Source: a bacterium (GTDB lineage Bacteria; JAAXHH01). Taken from it: 64,000 bases of DNA. The notes beneath the pieces were generated by a model, which made no database searches, was not told the DNA's origin, and worked only from the letters and a program-made list of their open reading frames with translations. The DNA lies in contig OZ241838.1 of assembly GCA_965202605.1 (NCBI GenBank), forward strand, positions 528,883 through 592,882, in the 5' to 3' direction. A program made the translations under genes and the position numbers. This document shows, piece after piece, positions 1 to 10,301 of this stretch. The first letter of the stretch is position 1. Every line of letters begins with the position of its first letter.

Positions 1-1
1 G

Positions 2-244
2 AAACGCCTCCACGAGTCCGGCGTGCCCGTCACCATCAATTCGGACGATCCCCCCCTGTTCAATACCACGCTGACTGGTGAACTGAATCTACTCGTCGAT
101 CCCTGCGGATTTTGCCGGGAGACCATCGACGAGATTCTGCTGAACGCAGTTCGCTTCAGCTTCCTGCCGGAAGAGAAGAAGAGCCGCATGGAAGCGGGTT
201 TTCTGGATGAGTTGCGCTTGCTGAGGGACGAGACCGAAAGCTGA
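2..244 (+). CDS. add: adenosine deaminase family protein, C-terminal fragment (5' end outside window)
   Basis: The frame is open from the window edge. The translation ...GVPVTINSDDPPLFNTTL... carries the conserved SDDP motif of adenosine/AMP deaminases. Stop TGA at 242-244. Confidence 0.75.
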   Translation, partial: KRLHESGVPVTINSDDPPLFNTTLTGELNLLVDPCGFCRETIDEILLNAVRFSFLPEEKKSRMEAGFLDELRLLRDETES

Positions 245-274
245 TTTGAACCCCGAACCGGTTGTCGTCAGACG

Positions 275-1279
275 TCAGACCAGGTGACACGCCGCCCGGT
301 GGCCGTTCCCCTTGTCTTCGAGCACGGGAATCTCGGTCCTGCAGCGGGCTTCGGCCAGCGGACACCGGGGATGAAACGGACACCCCGGGGGCAGGTCCGC
401 CGGATTGGGCACGTCCCCCTTGAGGATGATCCGGTCGCGCCCCAGGGTGGGATCGGGCAGCGGAACCGCCGACAGCAGGGCGGAGGTGTAAGGGTGCAAC
501 GGCTTCGCGTAGAGCTGGTCCCTGGTCGCCGTCTCGACGATCTTGCCGAGATACATGACGGCCACCCGGTCGCTGATATGGCGCACCACGCGCAGATCGT
601 GTGAAATGAACAGGTAGCTGAGCCCGAACCGTTCCTGCAGCACCTTGAGCAGATTGATGATCTGCGCCTGGATCGAGACGTCAAGCGCCGAGACCGGCTC
701 GTCGGCGATTATCAGCTCGGGCCGGACGGCCAGGGCCCGGGCGATGCCGATGCGCTGGCGCTGGCCGCCGCTGAACTCGTGGGGATACCGGCGGGCATGG
801 GCGGGATTGAGCCCCACCGTCTCGAGCAGGTCGGTCACGCGGTCACCGGCCTCCGCGCGGGTGCTCAGGCTGTGAACCGTCAGAGGTTCCCTGAGCAGAG
901 CGCCCACGGTCATGCGCGGGTTGAGCGAACCGTAGGGGTCCTGAAACACGATCTGCATCTGGCGCCGCAGCCGCCTCAGATCGCCTTTCTTCATGGAAAA
1001 GACCGCGTGAGGTCGACGTTCTTCACCCTCTTCCAGGGCGGTATGGAAGGTTGCCGATCCCTCGGACGGATCGATCAGGCGCAGTATCGCCCGGCCTATC
1101 GTGGTCTTGCCGCATCCGCTTTCGCCCACCAGTCCCAGCGTTTCGCCTCGTTCCAGCGTCAGGTCGACGCCGTCGACGGCTTTTATCATCGACCGGTGCC
1201 TGTGCAGCAGTCCGCCTCCCACGGGGAAGTGTTTCTTCAGGCCCTGAACCTGCAACAACATTTCATTCGATACAGTCAT
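275..1279 (-). CDS. peptide/nickel-type ABC transporter ATP-binding protein (OppF/DppF-like)
   Basis: Walker [13 protein letters not shown] signature FSGGQRQR, Walker [12 protein letters not shown], and a C-terminal oligopeptide-transporter extension (CPFHPRCP). The ATG at 1279 follows GGAG; a GTG at 1288 is an alternative start. The gene lies directly downstream of the other ATPase gene. Confidence 0.9.
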   Translation of the reverse strand: MTVSNEMLLQVQGLKKHFPVGGGLLHRHRSMIKAVDGVDLTLERGETLGLVGESGCGKTTIGRAILRLIDPSEGSATFHTALEEGEERRPHAVFSMKKGDLRRLRRQMQIVFQDPYGSLNPRMTVGALLREPLTVHSLSTRAEAGDRVTDLLETVGLNPAHARRYPHEFSGGQRQRIGIARALAVRPELIIADEPVSALDVSIQAQIINLLKVLQERFGLSYLFISHDLRVVRHISDRVAVMYLGKIVETATRDQLYAKPLHPYTSALLSAVPLPDPTLGRDRIILKGDVPNPADLPPGCPFHPRCPLAEARCRTEIPVLEDKGNGHRAACHLV

Positions 1280-1292
1280 GCGTCTCACTCCG

Positions 1293-2279
1293 TCAGACCA
1301 TCTCCGCCTGCATAACCCGTTGCCACTCGCTGCATCGGACCACGTGACGGTCCTCCACGCCTAGCAGCGCCTGCGGCCGGCCGCAGGCTTCCACGGCGAA
1401 TTCACATCGCGGCGCGAAGCGGCATCCCGACGGGAAGCTCACCGGATCCGGCACCGTGCCTTCTATGGTCGAAAGTTCCTCCGTACCGGAACTCATGGTA
1501 GGAACGGATGCGAGCAGTCCGCGGGTGTAGGGATGGCGGGGATTTCCGAAAAGCGTCTTCACATCGGCCTGTTCCACTACCTGGCCAGCGTACATGACCA
1601 GTACCTCGTGGGCCATTTCGGCCACGATGCCCAGGTCGTGGGTAATCAGCATCAGTCCCATGCCCAGTTCGTCCTGCAGTCGGCGCAGCACGTCGAGTAT
1701 CTGCGCCTGTATGGTCACATCGAGCGCAGTCGTTGGTTCATCTGCGATCAGCAACTTGGGATCGCATGAGATCGCCATGGCGATCATCGCGCGCTGGCGC
1801 ATGCCTCCGCTGAGCTCATGGGGATAGCTTCCGGCCCGTTCTTCCGGCAGCGGGATGTCCACCAGGTCCAGCAACTCGACGGCCCGTCGCCAGGCGTCCT
1901 TTCGGTCCGCGTCCCGGTGAAGACGGATGGCCTCGGCGATCTGCTCGCCGACAGTAAACACCGGATTGAGCGACGTCATGGGTTCCTGGAAGATCATGGC
2001 GATGTCGTTGCCCCGAATTGCGCGGATCTGGCGGGGCGGGAGCTGCAGCAGGTTCCTGTCCTCGAAAAGGATCTCGCCTCCGGCTATGCGGCCCGGAGGT
2101 TGAGGGATCAATCCCAGTATGGAGTAGGCGGTCATGCTCTTGCCGCAGCCCGACTCTCCCACGATGCCCAGTGTCCTGCCGGCTTCCAGCTCGAAACTGA
2201 CGCCGTCGACCGCCCGCACCACGCCTCCTTCGGTGTCAAAGTAGGTCTTCAGGTCATTTACGCGCAGGATCGTGTTCAC
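1293..2279 (-). CDS. peptide/nickel-type ABC transporter ATP-binding protein (OppD/DppD-like)
   Basis: Walker [10 protein letters not shown], signature LSGGMRQR, Walker [14 protein letters not shown]-terminal CRFAPRC extension. I prefer the GTG at 2279 (GAGAGG upstream). The longer ORF to 2384 would overlap the upstream permease gene. Confidence 0.9.
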   Translation of the reverse strand: MNTILRVNDLKTYFDTEGGVVRAVDGVSFELEAGRTLGIVGESGCGKSMTAYSILGLIPQPPGRIAGGEILFEDRNLLQLPPRQIRAIRGNDIAMIFQEPMTSLNPVFTVGEQIAEAIRLHRDADRKDAWRRAVELLDLVDIPLPEERAGSYPHELSGGMRQRAMIAMAISCDPKLLIADEPTTALDVTIQAQILDVLRRLQDELGMGLMLITHDLGIVAEMAHEVLVMYAGQVVEQADVKTLFGNPRHPYTRGLLASVPTMSSGTEELSTIEGTVPDPVSFPSGCRFAPRCEFAVEACGRPQALLGVEDRHVVRCSEWQRVMQAEMV

Positions 2280-2334
2280 AAGTCGCCTCTCATGAATCTC
2301 CACTTCCCTTTCTGTAGCGTGTCCACGATGTAAC

Positions 2335-3435
2335 TCATGCACTGCCGCGCTGCCTGGGGTCGAGCGCGTCCCGCAGCCCGTCACCCAGCAGATTGTACAG
2401 GGTTACCGTGATAAAGATAGCGAATCCGGGCACGATCACAAGCCACCATGCCGCGATGTTGCTCCGTGCCCCGGCCAGCAGCGATCCCCAGGTGATGACC
2501 TCGGCGGGCACGCCGATGCCCAGGAAACTCAGTCCGGATTCGGCCAGGATGGCGCCGGCCACGCCGAACGCCGCGGGTATCAGTACGGGCGCGATGGCAT
2601 TGGGCAGGATGTGCACCGCCATGATGCGCAGGTTCGAACAGCCCAGGGCCCGGGCGGCCGCGATGTAGTCGAAGGCCCGGACCTGGAGGAACTGGGACCG
2701 GGTCAGCCGGGCAATGCCCACCCATCCCGTGAATCCGATGATGATCATGATCCAGAACAGGCTCGGCGGGAAGAAGGCCGCCGCGGTGATGATCAGGAAG
2801 AAGGGCGGGATTGCGGCCCAGAGTTCGAATACGCGGGACAGGATCAGGTCCGTCCACCCGCCCAGGTAGCCGGCCAGCGCGCCGAGTCCCACGCCGATGA
2901 GCAGGGATATGCCCACCGAAACCAGCCCGATGGTCAGCGAATACCGCGTGCCGTGGATGAGTCCGGCCAGCACGTCGCGGCCAAGCCGGTCCGTACCGAA
3001 GAAATGGGTGCCTCCCGGCCGCTCGTAACGGACTCCGAGCTGGATCTCGTCCGGCGCGTAGGGAATGATGGGAAACACGGCGTCACTGTAGGCGTACCGC
3101 TTGAAGTTCTTTCGCGTCCGCAACTCCTCCGGCCAGTCCAACAACCCGGTATAAACGGCGTACTGCCTGAAGGCCGGGAAGTAGGTTTCTCCCTCGTAGA
3201 CCATGTAGTACGGCTTGTTGCCGGCGATCAGGTCGGCGGTAAGCGCCAGGACGGCCATGGCCACGAGGACGTACAGGCTGTACAGCGCCGGACGGTTCTT
3301 GCGGAACTCCTTGCGCGTAAGCCGCCAGAAGCTTTCTCCGCCCTCGTTCACTACCGCATCGACCGGCTTACCGTTTACCGTCGATTTTACTTTTTCCGCG
3401 GCCGGGTTCGATCCCACTGTCAATCTCCTAACCAT
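2335..3435 (-). CDS. ABC transporter permease (OppC/DppC-like)
   Basis: Multi-helix membrane protein with an EAA-type loop ([21 protein letters not shown]) and the long N-terminal region typical of OppC. The ATG at 3435 overlaps the stop of the upstream permease gene by 8 nt. Confidence 0.85.
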   Translation of the reverse strand: MVRRLTVGSNPAAEKVKSTVNGKPVDAVVNEGGESFWRLTRKEFRKNRPALYSLYVLVAMAVLALTADLIAGNKPYYMVYEGETYFPAFRQYAVYTGLLDWPEELRTRKNFKRYAYSDAVFPIIPYAPDEIQLGVRYERPGGTHFFGTDRLGRDVLAGLIHGTRYSLTIGLVSVGISLLIGVGLGALAGYLGGWTDLILSRVFELWAAIPPFFLIITAAAFFPPSLFWIMIIIGFTGWVGIARLTRSQFLQVRAFDYIAAARALGCSNLRIMAVHILPNAIAPVLIPAAFGVAGAILAESGLSFLGIGVPAEVITWGSLLAGARSNIAAWWLVIVPGFAIFITVTLYNLLGDGLRDALDPRQRGSA

Positions 3436-4729
3436 GCAACTGATCGAAGGTAATCCTCGGATCGACCACCTTGAGCAGGATGTCCGCAACCAGGATGCCC
3501 AGGAGCGAAAGCAGGGAGCCGATGGTGAAAATCGCCATGACCATGGGATAGTCCCGGGTCAGCACGGATTCGAACCCGAGCAATCCCATCCCGGGAATGG
3601 TGAATATCGTTTCGACGAATACGGAACCCGCGATCAGCGCCGGCAGCAGTCCTGCGGAGGTGGTTACGATCGGGATCAGGGAGTTGCGGTACACGTGCCG
3701 CAGGATAACGACTTTTTCCGTCAATCCCTTGGCCCGGGCGGTCCGAACGTAATCCTGGCGCAGGTTCTCCAGCATGCTGGTCCGCATGAACCGGGATATG
3801 GTCGCGAAGCTGATGTAGGCGGAGGTCAGCACGGGAAGGAACATGTGGTACATGTGGTCCGTGAGGATCCGCCAGGTGCTCCAGTCGCTGGAGGATTCCA
3901 GCGATTGTATGCCCGAGGCCGGGAACCAGTAGAAGAACTCCCGGTTGCACAGGAAAATGATCAGCAGCATGCCTACCCAGAAGGAGGGCATGGACCAGAG
4001 GACGAAGGTGCCGGTCGTCAGCATCCGGTCCGTGAGGGTATTCTGCCTGACCGCGAGCCAGACCCCGAGCGGCAGCCCGACCAGGTAGGCGATGATGATC
4101 GCGATGATATTGATTTCGAGGGTGACGGGCAACCGCTCCATGATCCGGCCGATCACGGGCTGGTTGTCCTTGAAGGAACGGCCGAAATCCAGCGTAACGA
4201 ATCGATAGCCGGACAGCCTGAAGAGTTCGATCCCCGCGCCCCGGTAACTGTAGTTGCCCTCCGCGCTGAAGGTCCTGCCTTCCCAGAAAGAGGATTGTTC
4301 CAGCTCGCTCGCCTCCCGCGGCGCGCAGTCGCGCACAAGGGCGAGAAACCGTTCCTTCTGGTCCGCTCTGCCCAGTGCTGTCAAAGCCCGGCGTTCCGAC
4401 GCCTCGATCCGTTCCAGCAACCCGTCCGCCAGCAAAGCGCTTCGGTCGAAGGCGTTTATGGACTCGACTTTCAGGAACAGCGCCGTGACCCAGTTGAAGT
4501 ACTGCACGTGGACCGGCCTGTCCAGGCCCAGCTGTCTGCGCAAATCCTCGCGGGTTTTCTCGATATCCCGCTGTCGATCGGAAGCCAGCCCCTCGCCTCC
4601 GGCCACGCCGCCCAGGAACAGGTCCACGGGATCGCCGGGGGCGAGGTGCATGATGAAAAAGGAGATCACCGTGATCCCCACGAGCGTGGGGACCATGAGC
4701 AGCGAACGTTGAAGGATGTAACCGAGCAT
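3428..4729 (-). CDS. ABC transporter permease (OppB/DppB-like) with a large extra loop
   Basis: The N-terminus MLGYILQRSLLMVPTL and the EAA loop ARAKGLTEKVVILRHVYRNSLIPIV are typical of OppB. A segment of roughly 90 residues is inserted after the first conserved periplasmic segment. Confidence 0.85.
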   Translation of the reverse strand: MLGYILQRSLLMVPTLVGITVISFFIMHLAPGDPVDLFLGGVAGGEGLASDRQRDIEKTREDLRRQLGLDRPVHVQYFNWVTALFLKVESINAFDRSALLADGLLERIEASERRALTALGRADQKERFLALVRDCAPREASELEQSSFWEGRTFSAEGNYSYRGAGIELFRLSGYRFVTLDFGRSFKDNQPVIGRIMERLPVTLEINIIAIIIAYLVGLPLGVWLAVRQNTLTDRMLTTGTFVLWSMPSFWVGMLLIIFLCNREFFYWFPASGIQSLESSSDWSTWRILTDHMYHMFLPVLTSAYISFATISRFMRTSMLENLRQDYVRTARAKGLTEKVVILRHVYRNSLIPIVTTSAGLLPALIAGSVFVETIFTIPGMGLLGFESVLTRDYPMVMAIFTIGSLLSLLGILVADILLKVVDPRITFDQLHG

Positions 4730-4775
4730 AGGAGAACGTGGACTCCCGCCGGGTTCTGATCGAAAACGCGGTGCC

Positions 4776-6635
4776 TTACTGGTACATCTGGTCGGCGGGC
4801 TCGACCCACCACTCCTGCGTCACGGCGCCGGCGGGATACCAGTTGACGCCGTGATACCGCCGGCTGTACGCGCTGGCTACCCGTGACTTCCAGAGAAAGG
4901 TATAGGGCTGCTCCTCGTGAAGGATCTCCTGGAATCGGCGGTACATTTCGATCCGCCTGTCCATGTCGAATTCCTTCCGGTAGGCCGTAAGGATCGCATC
5001 CGACTCGTCGTTCCTGAAACTGATGAAGTTGGATCCGTTCCCCTCGATCTGGGACGAGTGCCAGATCTGGTAGGCATCGGGCGGGAAGCGCAGGCCCGTC
5101 CCGCCGGTCCAGCCGAGGGTGACGGCCGCGAAGTCCTTGTTCTTCACCCTTTCCAGGAAGATGGACCAGTCCAGTTCGCGTACCTGGCAGTCGATGCCGA
5201 GGTCTTCCAGGGCGCTCTGCAGGGTCAGCGCTATATCCTTCCTGAGCTGATTGCCCGAGTTTACGAGAAACTCGAAGCGGAAGGGGGTCCTTTCGCCGTC
5301 GATCTCCCTGTCGAGAATCCCGTCGTTGTCGGAGTCCGTCCATCCGGCGTCATTCAGAATCGCCAGGGCCCGGTCGGGATCGAAGGCGTACGGCTGAAGG
5401 TCGTGATTGTACTCGGGACGGAACTTGTGGATTGGACTTTCGACTGTCTCCGCGAGCCCGAAGAGCAGGTTGCGCACCATGGCTTCCCGGTCGGTGAGGT
5501 GGGTCATCGCCTGGCGGACCCGCCGGTCCCGGAAAATGGGATGTTCGTTGTTCCATCCTATGTACGTGTAGCCGCCCGCGTACTGAATGCCCTTCATGAA
5601 TCGGTCCACGAAGCCGGGCGACCAGCTTTTCTCCTTGAACTCCAGCGGCTTCAGGCTGTGGATATCCAGGTTGCCGTTGGTCAGTTCGATGAACGCGGCG
5701 TCCTGGTTGTTTATGATCTTGAAAACGACCTTGTCCATGTGACCGGCGGCGGGAAGTCCGTCTACGTCCCGGCCCCAGTAGTTCTCGTTGCGGCTGAGCA
5801 CGACCCGCTGACCGGTGACCACGTCATCCTCCCAGTCCGCAACGGCATAGGGACCCGAACCGAGCATGAGACGGTTGAAGTCCTGGTTGAAGCGTTCTCC
5901 GAAGAGACGCACCCGGTCCGCGTGTTCCCCTGCTTCCCAGCTGCCGTCTATCAGGCTCGTGATCGGCACCGGGTCCAGCAGTCCGTCCGGGTCGTAGAAG
6001 TGCCTGGGCAGGATGCCGAAACTGCCGAGGAAGAGATCGTTCAGTATATAGGGTTCCCTGCATTCGAAACTGATCTCGTAGTCGCCCAGTTTCCGGACGT
6101 TGACGATGGATGCGTAGTAGTTTCGCAGGTGCGGCGCCCGTACAGTGGGCGTCAGGATGGTCTTGATGCTGAAGAGTACGTCGTCCGCCGTAAGGGGCAC
6201 GTCATCGGCGAACCGGACGTCCTGGCGCAGGGTGAACGTATAGGTGAGATAATCGTCCGACACGACGGGATAGCCCACGGCGATATATCCCCGCTGCGCG
6301 TAAGGTGGATCATAGTCCGGCTCCAGCAGGGACTCGAAGACGTAGATGTGTACCTGGGTAGCGCCCTGGTCGCTGGAAGTATACGGGTTGAAGTTCTCGG
6401 GGTCGGACAGCGCGTGGCGCACCATCCAGTCGCCGAATACGGGATCGTCCATCCCATCGTACTTGAGCGCCGCCTTTTCCGTACCGTCCAGCACGACGAT
6501 ATCCTTCGACTCCGACAGGATCGTCTGGACCCTGTTCCAGGGATCTTCTGTCGTTTCGCCGCCGCCGCAGGCGATCTGAGTGGCGAACAAACAAATTGCA
6601 ACAGTCTTTGCCGCGGTACCGATGGTCTTGTGCAT
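4776..6635 (-). CDS. ABC transporter substrate-binding lipoprotein, family 5 (peptide/nickel)
   Basis: The ATG at 6635 is preceded by GGAGGA. Signal peptide with a lipobox-like LFATQIAC. The protein has the length and overall look of an SBP_bac_5 protein and heads the permease/ATPase operon. The ORF-track extension to 7019 overlaps the neighbouring dehydrogenase gene. Confidence 0.85.
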   Translation of the reverse strand: MHKTIGTAAKTVAICLFATQIACGGGETTEDPWNRVQTILSESKDIVVLDGTEKAALKYDGMDDPVFGDWMVRHALSDPENFNPYTSSDQGATQVHIYVFESLLEPDYDPPYAQRGYIAVGYPVVSDDYLTYTFTLRQDVRFADDVPLTADDVLFSIKTILTPTVRAPHLRNYYASIVNVRKLGDYEISFECREPYILNDLFLGSFGILPRHFYDPDGLLDPVPITSLIDGSWEAGEHADRVRLFGERFNQDFNRLMLGSGPYAVADWEDDVVTGQRVVLSRNENYWGRDVDGLPAAGHMDKVVFKIINNQDAAFIELTNGNLDIHSLKPLEFKEKSWSPGFVDRFMKGIQYAGGYTYIGWNNEHPIFRDRRVRQAMTHLTDREAMVRNLLFGLAETVESPIHKFRPEYNHDLQPYAFDPDRALAILNDAGWTDSDNDGILDREIDGERTPFRFEFLVNSGNQLRKDIALTLQSALEDLGIDCQVRELDWSIFLERVKNKDFAAVTLGWTGGTGLRFPPDAYQIWHSSQIEGNGSNFISFRNDESDAILTAYRKEFDMDRRIEMYRRFQEILHEEQPYTFLWKSRVASAYSRRYHGVNWYPAGAVTQEWWVEPADQMYQ

Positions 6636-6706
6636 ATCTAGGTTCCTCCAAGCGTCTCCGGCGCATGCTGAACCGTCCGCGCGCGTTCCGGCAGACTTCC
6701 GGGCGA

Positions 6707-7696
6707 TTATCTGCCCGGGCCCTTTTCCTCGAAATCGATGACGATCTTGATGCACTCGCCCTTGCGCTTCGTGGCCATTTCGAAGCCTTCCTGTACCCGG
6801 GCGAAAGGCAACTTGTGCGAGATCATTGGCGCGAGATCCACGCGTCCTTCCCCGATCAGTCGCATGGCGCTTTTGAAATCGGTTTGTATATCCGGTCCCA
6901 CGGAAGTCGTAAGCTGCAGGTTTTTCCGGAACAGATCCAGCACGTCGACCGTGAAACGCGGAGTCTTGGGCACGCCGAAGTCGATGAAACGGGCTTTGTG
7001 CCGGGCCAGCTTCACGCACAGGTTGAACGTCTCTTCCACGCCGACGACCTCGATTACCACGTCGGCCATCCGCCCCTCCGTGATTTCGGCAACCGCCTCG
7101 GACGGATCGGTGTGCCGCGTGTTCACCGTATGCGTCGCGCCCATCTCGCGGGCCGCGGCGAGACGGTTGTCGTACTGGTCGATACCGATGATCAGCGCCG
7201 CGCCTAGGTTCCGCATCAAGGTGGTGAACAGCAGCCCCATGGGCCCCTGGCCGACCACGGCGACCTCGGCGTCGAAGAAGTGGCCCAGTTTCCGCAGACA
7301 GCAGATCACGGTACCGAGGGGCTGGGCCATCAACAGCTGCTCCCGGGGCAGTCCCACCGGCAGGGGAGTCACGGAATCGCCGAGTCCAAGGAAGTACTCG
7401 GCCATGGCGCTCGAGCCGGATGGCAGGGCCAGTACGAGATCACCTTCCCCGCATCCATTCGACCACGATTTTTCGATGACCCCGATACTCTCGTGCAGGG
7501 ATACGCCGGGCGGCGCGGGATAGTTTGCCGGGCCTGTAAACAACGGATGGTCGCTTCCGCAGATGGCGGCGTTTACGGTACGCACGAGCACCAGGTCCTT
7601 CAGCCCCTCCGGATTGGTTTTTTCCAGCGCGAGGTCCGGCCGTTCCGCTTCCACGATTTCGATATGTTCCGGCGCGATCACCTGTCCCGCTTTCAT
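6707..7696 (-). CDS. zinc-dependent alcohol/polyol dehydrogenase (MDR family)
   Basis: GroES-like N-domain with the catalytic-zinc region CGSDHPLF. Rossmann motif VAVVGQGPMG. RBS AAAGGAA upstream of the ATG at 7696. Confidence 0.85.
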   Translation of the reverse strand: MKAGQVIAPEHIEIVEAERPDLALEKTNPEGLKDLVLVRTVNAAICGSDHPLFTGPANYPAPPGVSLHESIGVIEKSWSNGCGEGDLVLALPSGSSAMAEYFLGLGDSVTPLPVGLPREQLLMAQPLGTVICCLRKLGHFFDAEVAVVGQGPMGLLFTTLMRNLGAALIIGIDQYDNRLAAAREMGATHTVNTRHTDPSEAVAEITEGRMADVVIEVVGVEETFNLCVKLARHKARFIDFGVPKTPRFTVDVLDLFRKNLQLTTSVGPDIQTDFKSAMRLIGEGRVDLAPMISHKLPFARVQEGFEMATKRKGECIKIVIDFEEKGPGR

Positions 7697-7807
7697 TGGT
7701 ATTCCTTTCTGACGACGGATGCAATAAACCCTGGCAGGCTATCGGTGTGACTGCAAACGGTGTGCCTCGATCAACAGAAACCAGCATGTACGGGCGTGCC
7801 GGGCCAG

Positions 7808-7844
7808 GCGCCCGGTCGAATCCCGCGATACCGGGACCGGGCGC
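7808..7844. other. GC-rich perfect 10-bp hairpin (GCGCCCGGTC ... GACCGGGCGC), possible terminator or REP-like element
   Basis: Inverted repeat read directly from the sequence. It lies between the decayed binding-protein gene and the dehydrogenase gene. No T-tract follows on either strand. Confidence 0.3.
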
Positions 7845-7914
7845 ATCTTCCTGAATTTACCCACACAACGGGTATTGTCAAACCGAAACGGTCAGGGCTG
7901 CACGGGGCGTTCCG

Positions 7915-8843
7915 CTAGCGCCCGGTCTCTCCGATATAGATGTCGAAATAGCCCGTGTTGTTGCCCCAGAAGGGGTATTCGCCGTCCCGATCCTCTTTGA
8001 TGCCTTTGAGCCATGGTTTTCGCAGGGCGGCCTTCTTGCCGTAGTAGAGAAACACGGCGCCCACGTCCTCGGAGAGGCTCCACGTATCCCCTGTGGGGTC
8101 CCGTTGTAATTCGGATCCAGGACGAACTCGAAGCGGGAGCCGTGATCCCAGGCATCCAGCTTGAAGGTCGAATTGGTCACGAACCGGCCGGGTTCAGACC
8201 AACCGGGCCCGTACTTTTCCACCTGCCAGCGAGGCACCGGAACGGACGCGGGAAAGGAGGCGATATAGGGGAGGTAGGGACAGGGCAGGGCGGTTTGAAT
8301 GACCAGCGTGTGGTCATCGACAGCCCGCACGCCGACGGAACCCGCATCCCGTGTCAGTCCCTGGTGAAAGGCTTTCGCCCCTTCGATCTCGTAATAAAAG
8401 GAAGCGTTCCTGTTCGCGCTGGCCGGATCGACCATGCGTTTGAAGGCGTACTCGAAATCATGGGCGGTAACCGGTCTGCCGTCGCTCCACTTCGCGCCCG
8501 TGCGCAGGTGGAAGATCCAGCGCGTGCCATCAGGAGACGACTCCCATCGCTCGGCCGCCGCCGGCATGAGTTCGTTATTGTGGTCCGGCCGCGTGAGGCC
8601 TTCAAACGAAAACACCGCGCCCGTCGCTTCGTAGACGGCGATCCCGATATCCAGCGTGGTGGGCTCAGGGAGGTGAAAGGAATAAACCTGTCGCGCGAGG
8701 GGCGCTGCATCCGGGGGCATGGCCTTGCCAACCGTATTGACAGGCCGCGTGTCAGGCTTCGGAGGCGCGGAATCGTCCTGAGCGACTTGAAAGACAGGTA
8801 GGGCAAAAAAGAGAAGAAGACACAGGAGGAGGCCGGGGTTCAC
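7915..8843 (-). pseudogene. family-5 substrate-binding protein gene with an internal deletion and frameshift
   Basis: The N-terminal ~245 aa (signal peptide, then ...WSDGRPVTAHDFEYAFKRMVDP...VPRWQVEKYG...LDPNYNG) parallels the intact paralog at 58536-60233. Near 8085-8100 the homology jumps to another frame. That frame reads DTWSLSEDVGAVFLYYGKKAALRKPWLKGIKEDRDGE...YIGETGR and stops at 7915-7917. It matches the last ~55 aa of the paralog (…AGAFLFHPVNLELRKPWVKGM…). The central part of the protein is missing. Confidence 0.6.
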
Positions 8844-8903
8844 GCATGCCTCCCCCTGGTCATGTGGGGCTGAACCGCTTTCCCGTGGCTGTACATTACC
8901 GCC

Positions 8904-10100
8904 TTACCCGGCGAAAATGGCGCGGTTCGAAATGCCGGACGGGTAGGACGCTTGCTGGATGCCGCCGATGAACTGGGCGGTGCGGCCCGCCGGTGCCGTG
9001 CCTTCGTACCAGGCGCTGAAGGACGCGTTGAATTCCTGTATCCAGGCCCTGTTCGCGGCCGAGTCCTCGCCGGCGACCACGTAGGCGTTGTTGAAGATGC
9101 CGTCCTCTTTGAGTCCGTTCCCGCCCGCTGCCTTTATGCGCGCGTCCAGCGTGGAAAGCTGCCGGCCGGCGTCGTCACCGCCCACGGCGCTGGTCATGAC
9201 CTCGGTGACGCCGCCGTACTGGATCGACGTCCACGTGCTGAAGCCGTCCTCGATCTGGCCGGAACGCCCTATGTCTACGTCGCCGGATACCACCCGGGGC
9301 TGGGGTTCCACGATGCCGTCAAGGTTCGGGATGCGGGAAACCGGGTAGATCAGCCCGGCCGGCCGGTCGTCGCCGAAATAGTCTTCGAAGACCCGTCGTA
9401 CCGTATCGATTCTTTCCCACGTATTACCGGGTGCGTCGTCGACGGCGACCAGGATTTCCATCCACACCGTCTGTTTCTTGAAGTCGACACCCGCTTCAGC
9501 AAAGGGCTTCAGGTAATGCTCGTCGAGTACGAAGGCTGTTTCCTCGGCCAGGTCGGACCCCAGGGAGGTAATCACCTCGCCGTCGCGGGTATGCATGACC
9601 GAGGCGCCGCTCGGCTGGTGGTCCTGCCAGTACCCATAGTCGATCACCCCGTCACTGATCGTTACGTTTTCTCCGGCCACGGCCTTGATCTGGACCTCGA
9701 AGAGCGCCACGGGGTCCGGGAATCCTTCCGGATGGGTAAACCGCGCCATGCGGTTGGACCGAAGCGGACCACCGGCCACCGCGTCGATCATCGGGGCGTA
9801 AACGGCGTTGTAGTCATCCTTCATCCTGTCGCAGACGTCCCGGTCGCCGGATGGCGTGGTCCACAGCACGTCCGTCTTGTAGACGTCCGACCAGTCGACC
9901 CCGCAGATCACCAGGTTCCTGTTCAGGTTCTCGATAGTACCGAACCACTCGGAACCAATGTCGTTCGGGTACTGCGTGCCGACGTTTCCGCTCGGTTCGA
10001 TGAGACGAAATACCTGGTTGTGGTCGTCCTTGACGATGACTTCCGTGGGGTTGGAAAAAATGGCGATGGGATTATGCCTGACGATGCTGACCTGTGCCAT
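8904..10100 (-). CDS. hypothetical protein (398 aa)
   Basis: ATG at 10100 preceded by AAAGGA, with coding-like composition. It is on the same strand as, and about 200 nt downstream of, the aminotransferase gene. No motif can be assigned with confidence; two segments weakly resemble YjgF/RidA-type modules. Confidence 0.6.
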   Translation of the reverse strand: MAQVSIVRHNPIAIFSNPTEVIVKDDHNQVFRLIEPSGNVGTQYPNDIGSEWFGTIENLNRNLVICGVDWSDVYKTDVLWTTPSGDRDVCDRMKDDYNAVYAPMIDAVAGGPLRSNRMARFTHPEGFPDPVALFEVQIKAVAGENVTISDGVIDYGYWQDHQPSGASVMHTRDGEVITSLGSDLAEETAFVLDEHYLKPFAEAGVDFKKQTVWMEILVAVDDAPGNTWERIDTVRRVFEDYFGDDRPAGLIYPVSRIPNLDGIVEPQPRVVSGDVDIGRSGQIEDGFSTWTSIQYGGVTEVMTSAVGGDDAGRQLSTLDARIKAAGGNGLKEDGIFNNAYVVAGEDSAANRAWIQEFNASFSAWYEGTAPAGRTAQFIGGIQQASYPSGISNRAIFAG

Positions 10101-10301
10101 GCGGTGACGTCCTTTCAAATCGGTGTTGAATGGTGTCAGTGTGCACACTGCGGATGACCGCGAACCGGAAGTCCCCGGTACGTTTGCCGCGAATCCCGAC
10201 GCGGTCGAAAGGGAACCGCGGATCCTCCATCGATTCAAGCCGTAGAAATTAACCCGTTGAGCCGGTGGAAACAAGCGGGAAATGGATCCGGCGCCTGACT
10301 C

